Source: a virus. Taken from it: a DNA stretch of 64,000 bases. The notes under the pieces are model-generated. The model worked only from the letters and a program-made list of their open reading frames with translations, was not told where the DNA came from and ran no database searches. The translations under genes were made by a program, and so were the position numbers. Below, piece by piece: positions 59,416 to 64,000 of this stretch (positions are counted from its first letter, which is position 1; every line of letters begins with the position of its first letter). Location: the IMG/VR virus record IMGVR_UViG_3300029787_000018, positions 13,140 to 77,139 of that record. One strand, written 5' to 3'.

Positions 59416-61650
59416 CTAATCTGTTTTTTTAATATTCTGTTCCGCTAATTTAATTCTTTCATTTGAATTAAGCTTCATTGCTTCTGTTTCTGCCTTGTTA
59501 TCAGCATATATATCGGCTACAACAATATCCTTGTCCTGGCCTCGTTTAATAGTTTCATCTTTTCTTTGATCATCGGCTTCTTTTTGTTGAACGGCCATTT
59601 GTTGAGCTTCGTTTGCAGCTTGTTCTCTTTGGTCGGCCATTTCCTTCATAGTATCAACGGTAGCTTGAAGTTTTTTTCTAGCTTCAACAGCCGTGTCCTC
59701 AAAAAGAACATCGATAAGCGCCGATATCATATCCGGTGTTTGCGCATTACCTAATGATTGAGTGGCAATACTATCTATAATTTCTTTCTTACGCATATCT
59801 TTTGACGGGTCGCCAAAAAACAAACCTATATCCGAATCAAAGAAAGGCTTTTTTATTTGTAAAAACTTGGTTTTTAAATCACCTAAAATATATTGTATTA
59901 CCTCGTTTTCTTTATAAGCTTCCTTGCATTTCATTAATACTATCTCCAACATACTTTTGACAAAATCATCAAAAGGTCTATAGTATATTTCTGTTCTTGA
60001 AAATGAAGCTCTCCTTTGACTGTCTACATTGCTAGAGTTGGTATATTCCCCAGCGTTTCCTTGTCGGCCAGGAGTAAAACCAATCATTTTATCCGCTAAT
60101 TCCTCAACCATTGTCAATCCTTCTATAAGGCTTTGGATATGGTTGTTCATAGATAAATCTACCGTTGTGAACTGGTTAAAGGAATAATTGTTTTTTCGTT
60201 CCTTTGAATTTATGAAAATTATTTGATCTTTTCCGATATGGTGCAATACCCTATCAAGTGGATTGCCCGCTCCTTTTAAATAAGCTTTAGGTGTTTGGGC
60301 TGTATCGTAAACAAAAGCTTTTCCTTTGTTTCTACGCATAGCGAATCTTATTTCAAATAAGATTTCACTACACCAATTTTGCATTTCGTATAATTTCTGA
60401 CCTATGGAACGGCTAGTATTTATACCAACGGTATTCTGTCTGTCAATGGCAACCCTGTTAAGTCTACACTTTAACGGATTGCTTATAGAATACATTCTGC
60501 TTTCTTCAACTCCCCAGGATAAACAAACATTAGGACCTGCCAGAACTACGTGTCTTGGAACTTCTAAATGTTCTATGATTTCCTTTTCACTTGATTTTAT
60601 TCTAGCCTTATGGTTTATTAAGGTTTTCACTTCTATACCTTCTTTGTTCACCCATTCTTTTGCGCGAACAAGCTTTGTGGATTTCCAAGACATATCCACT
60701 ACGAATATTCTAAAAGTATTGTTTTCCTTTACGTACCATTTTTGGTTACCATAACCACTACCAATAGCCATATCCTTTCCAGCACTTGACATACCGTTAC
60801 CGTCTTTGCTGTAATTGCTTAATGCGGTAAATTCTTTTTTGATAGCCGATTTTTCATCCTTGGTAAGCTTGAAGGAATTATAAATATCGTTCTCGGTCAT
60901 GAACTTTCCTTTGATGTACCACTCTGGATCATCTTGGATGTTCTTTTCTGGGTTCCTATCGTAATCGGTAAGAAAAGCGTCGTCTTTTTTCCAAACAACT
61001 TTTCCGTTTTCTACCTCAATGGTTCCACAGGTTCTATCATAAAGGAAATAATCAACCAAGAAGTCTTTTAATTTTTCTTGTTGTCTATCAACATCTAAAA
61101 ATTTTTCTATTAAATCATCGGCAACTTCTTCTGCAGCATCCTTATATCCACCGGTAGAAAAGAAATCTTCTACATCTTCGGGTATTTCCATTTCAGGATT
61201 TGGAGTTTTAATATCCATTCCTGTTTCTTGCTTGAACCTTTCTGCAGATTCTCTGAACATCTGCTCGCTAAGCATATCTATTTTGGCATCAAGTTTTCTG
61301 GACTGTGCCTTTTTGTTCATTAAATAACTTTTTCTAATGCTTGGTCTGTACAGATAGTCGCCAACCAACTGCTCTATTTTTTGCTCTATGAGGTTGTAAA
61401 CTTGATACTCTACTCCTAATGGATTTTTATGAGGCTCTGTAACACATTTTATTTTTTCCTTTTCTTCAGGACTTTGTATACACAAATAAGCCCTTAGTAT
61501 TTTTGACATGGAATCATTTCCATTCTGATCAAAAGAATTCCTGTCCGAAATAACATAACCAATAGCATGGTTTACATGCCACTCTTTGGTCTTTTTTGTT
61601 TCAGGAATTGTCTGGTCAGGAAAGTAAAATGTGTTATTTGCTGATATCAT
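59416..61650 (-). CDS. portal protein
   Basis: 744 aa after terL; 'FPDQ.IP...KTKEW', 'YNLI..KI..LVG', 'G.TP.RQG', C-terminal coiled coil. Confidence 0.8.
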   Translation of the reverse strand: MISANNTFYFPDQTIPETKKTKEWHVNHAIGYVISDRNSFDQNGNDSMSKILRAYLCIQSPEEKEKIKCVTEPHKNPLGVEYQVYNLIEQKIEQLVGDYLYRPSIRKSYLMNKKAQSRKLDAKIDMLSEQMFRESAERFKQETGMDIKTPNPEMEIPEDVEDFFSTGGYKDAAEEVADDLIEKFLDVDRQQEKLKDFLVDYFLYDRTCGTIEVENGKVVWKKDDAFLTDYDRNPEKNIQDDPEWYIKGKFMTENDIYNSFKLTKDEKSAIKKEFTALSNYSKDGNGMSSAGKDMAIGSGYGNQKWYVKENNTFRIFVVDMSWKSTKLVRAKEWVNKEGIEVKTLINHKARIKSSEKEIIEHLEVPRHVVLAGPNVCLSWGVEESRMYSISNPLKCRLNRVAIDRQNTVGINTSRSIGQKLYEMQNWCSEILFEIRFAMRRNKGKAFVYDTAQTPKAYLKGAGNPLDRVLHHIGKDQIIFINSKERKNNYSFNQFTTVDLSMNNHIQSLIEGLTMVEELADKMIGFTPGRQGNAGEYTNSSNVDSQRRASFSRTEIYYRPFDDFVKSMLEIVLMKCKEAYKENEVIQYILGDLKTKFLQIKKPFFDSDIGLFFGDPSKDMRKKEIIDSIATQSLGNAQTPDMISALIDVLFEDTAVEARKKLQATVDTMKEMADQREQAANEAQQMAVQQKEADDQRKDETIKRGQDKDIVVADIYADNKAETEAMKLNSNERIKLAEQNIKKTD

Positions 61651-61674
61651 GGAAACAAATTTATTGCTTTAAAG

Positions 61675-63825
61675 TTAATTTTTTTTAATGTAATCATCAT
61701 AAATAAAAGCCATAGCATCGTTTCCGTACTTGTTGGATATCTCGTTAAGCAAGCTATTACGGGATTCTTCTTTTTGAGGAACAGGTTTTTTAACAGTTAC
61801 TTTTTGTCGCCGAGGACCGTCGATTTTAGGATTATAGAGTTCTATTTCGGTATCGTCTCGATAATCGTACCTATCGTCGCCATAGCTTTTGATTACCAAA
61901 TGACCGTTTTCGATATCGTAATAACTCATTGTCAGAAGATCGTCTTCTTCAAAGAATTCATCATCGGATTCTAAGTCTTCCGTAATCTCTGGGAACATTT
62001 CCAATCTGAAGATTAGACACATCACGTAAGCCATAGCTAAATCCGTGTTCGTATCTCCATAGTCCATAAGGTCTACGATAATCTCATTAAACAATATCTT
62101 GTGAACGTTTTCGTTCACTTCGGATTTAAGAAGCTTGGTACCTAAAGCTTTTTCACGTGCGTTCATACGTTGACCGTACTCGTTTCTAGCTTTAGAAGGC
62201 CCTATTACATCTTCAAGTTCTGGTCTTATCTTCAAGTATTCGTGTGCACCAACATCTTTCCACCAAGTCATAATAGCGAACTTGGAATATTCTATAAGCG
62301 TTTCACAGTTATAGTAAATAGCGGTCATTAATGAATGCTCGTAAAATATATCGTCCGTACTACCGTCACCTCTTTCTTTGATATAGGCTATAGGGTAGTC
62401 GTACTCTGTACTTACACCTGCGTAACATCTATACACCATCATCGCACCAAAAGAGTGCTTACCGTCCTGTACTACTTCATCATCATATGAATCTATACCG
62501 GCAATATCCGGTTTGTAATCTGAATTTCTTTTATTGATCGGGTCAGCTACTTTTGTCAACCATGGATCGTTGGTCGTTTCTTGGAACTTAACGGTAGAAC
62601 CATGTTCCAGTCTTATCAAGCATCTTTCTTTTCTATTATTGGCACGTACCAATAACTTAGCGGCTTTTTCTGTATCAACCCATCGTAATACTCCCTCTTT
62701 ACGTTTATTCTCGCCCAAGCCTTCATTTAACTGAATCATTTGGCCTGTAAGCTTACGTCTATCTAGTATACCGCCCTTAGTCTTTATGAAAATCTCACTT
62801 TCTTTGATCGGGTATGACTGAATATGTTTGGTAAGGGCATCCCTAGATTCGCCTACACGTTTACGTTCCGCCATGATATAGGCAAGAGCAGCTTCTTTGT
62901 CGGTATCTCCCGTTCGTTTATCAAAGAACGATATTGAGTTTCCATGTTTGTCAGGAATACCATCCCCAGGATAGTACTCATAGGAAGGAATGAAAACTTT
63001 GTTGAGGTTAAAGGCTTTGTGGTTCTCCCACATTTCCTTGTAACCTTTGGAACCTTTATCGATTTCACCACCTGTTCCATAAACAAGAGGTAGACCGAAC
63101 ATTTTGGAACCGTCTTTGAAACATGGTTCCGTAGCTTTGAATGATGCTATGATATTTTCAAATAGACCTGCCTCTTCAAATACGCACATTGAAAGCGACT
63201 TACCTTCAAAGCTAGAACTATCGGAGAACATCGTTTTGATATACATGCTTGAAAGTATACCATCTTCGATTTTTTGTTTGTTCTCCGTGTAATCATAACC
63301 GATTTTAAACTCTTCGCTGTTCTTTACCAATATACCGCTACGGTATTCTTTCTTAATATTGGAAAACAGAGCAAGTACCTTGGCATAGAAATCATCCGCT
63401 TTATCTTGCTTACCGGCACATACTCCCACTTCGTTTCGTAAGTAAAACAACATATCGTAAACAATGAGCATTGCCCCGAACCAAGAAAGACCTACACGAC
63501 GAGGTTTACCGATAATCAAGCCATATCTATCTTTAATGGCGTTATCTACTTCGTATGAAAGTCTTCTGTCAAGTGAACGGTATAAAGGATTCTTTAGCGA
63601 TTTACGTTCATCATCACCATCGAGCAACATGATTTTATTCATGTTCATATAAAAGTAATGCCGGCCCGTAATGGCTGGCATTCCTACGGGTTTGTACCCG
63701 TTTATACATCTATGGTCTTGTTCATCCCAATATTGGTCATAGGCTATAGTTCCCTCTTTAAGGTCTATTTCCGACTCCTCATAAACTAAAGGAGAGTATT
63801 TTTTTGAATCAAAAAGTACACCCAT
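61675..63825 (-). CDS. terL: terminase large subunit
   Basis: ITGRHYFY.N, KPRRVGLS (Walker A), FEEAG (Walker B), YGTGG, GIDSYD nuclease motif. Confidence 0.88.
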   Translation of the reverse strand: MGVLFDSKKYSPLVYEESEIDLKEGTIAYDQYWDEQDHRCINGYKPVGMPAITGRHYFYMNMNKIMLLDGDDERKSLKNPLYRSLDRRLSYEVDNAIKDRYGLIIGKPRRVGLSWFGAMLIVYDMLFYLRNEVGVCAGKQDKADDFYAKVLALFSNIKKEYRSGILVKNSEEFKIGYDYTENKQKIEDGILSSMYIKTMFSDSSSFEGKSLSMCVFEEAGLFENIIASFKATEPCFKDGSKMFGLPLVYGTGGEIDKGSKGYKEMWENHKAFNLNKVFIPSYEYYPGDGIPDKHGNSISFFDKRTGDTDKEAALAYIMAERKRVGESRDALTKHIQSYPIKESEIFIKTKGGILDRRKLTGQMIQLNEGLGENKRKEGVLRWVDTEKAAKLLVRANNRKERCLIRLEHGSTVKFQETTNDPWLTKVADPINKRNSDYKPDIAGIDSYDDEVVQDGKHSFGAMMVYRCYAGVSTEYDYPIAYIKERGDGSTDDIFYEHSLMTAIYYNCETLIEYSKFAIMTWWKDVGAHEYLKIRPELEDVIGPSKARNEYGQRMNAREKALGTKLLKSEVNENVHKILFNEIIVDLMDYGDTNTDLAMAYVMCLIFRLEMFPEITEDLESDDEFFEEDDLLTMSYYDIENGHLVIKSYGDDRYDYRDDTEIELYNPKIDGPRRQKVTVKKPVPQKEESRNSLLNEISNKYGNDAMAFIYDDYIKKN

Positions 63826-63837
63826 ATTGAAAAATAA

Positions 63838-63853
63838 CGGCCCCGAAGGGCCG
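63838..63853 (-). terminator. GC-rich UUCG hairpin plus U-tract immediately upstream of terL
   Basis: Minus strand CGGCCC-TTCG-GGGCCG TTATTTTT. Confidence 0.65.
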
Positions 63854-63910
63854 CAAAACAGATTAGATTATTATAGCGAGTTGCGCTGTAACAAACTTAA
63901 TCTTTTTTTT

Positions 63911-64000
63911 TTACTTAACCCCAAACCTTTTTTTCAAGGCTGCTAATTCTTTTCTAAGCTTTCTGTTTTCAAGCATAGCATTTCTTGCGGCATCTTGTGA
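63911..64000 (-). CDS. 3' end of a gene truncated by the window edge
   Basis: Open frame ...SQDAARNAMLENRKLRKELAALKKRFGVK*. Confidence 0.5.
   Translation of the reverse strand, partial: SQDAARNAMLENRKLRKELAALKKRFGVK

Noticed and set aside
21875-63825. Many short + strand ORFs opposite the structural genes, and - strand ORFs opposite the early genes
   Set aside because: They are antisense shadows of long, well-supported genes, with no independent signals.
61675-63825. Intron or intein in the terminase or other core genes
   Set aside because: No frame breaks, and no recognisable intein ends or homing-endonuclease motifs.
1-64000. Stop-codon reassignment (seen in some crAss-like phages)
   Set aside because: Long genes are intact in the standard code, and TAG and TGA end genes at sensible positions.

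Overview
This is about 64 kb of an AT-rich lytic tailed-phage genome, most likely a crAss-like/Crassvirales-related podophage of a Bacteroidota (probably Flavobacteriaceae) host. The host call rests on AT-rich start contexts lacking Shine-Dalgarno sites, Bacteroidota-type lipoproteins and TAnnTTT(G)-like promoter motifs. There are two convergent arms. The + strand (1-21792) holds early/replication genes: a DUF932-like protein, a lipoprotein, an SF2 helicase-N6-adenine methyltransferase fusion, a primase, a PcfK(AcrIIA9-like)/PcfJ pair, an HU-like protein, an SSB-like protein, a Dda-like helicase and a 5'-3' exonuclease. The - strand (21875-64000) holds morphogenesis genes: terminase, portal, scaffold, major capsid, tail ring/fibre genes, a lysis cassette, a tail stabilisation protein, ejection proteins and a 3756-aa virion RNA polymerase polyprotein (DxDGD plus HExxH). 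The most striking element lies at the junction of the arms (~18.6-21.55 kb). It is an array of five gene cassettes, each bracketed by its own private GTT...AAC inverted repeat and separated by attC-like hairpin sites. All 13 wobble mismatches are G.T on the + strand, ORFs start inside the hairpin loops, and the distal end has an unpaired attI-like half-site. It looks like a non-canonical, inverted integron-like cassette array in a phage, with no integrase visible in the window. No DNA polymerase, tRNA or CRISPR array was recognised.
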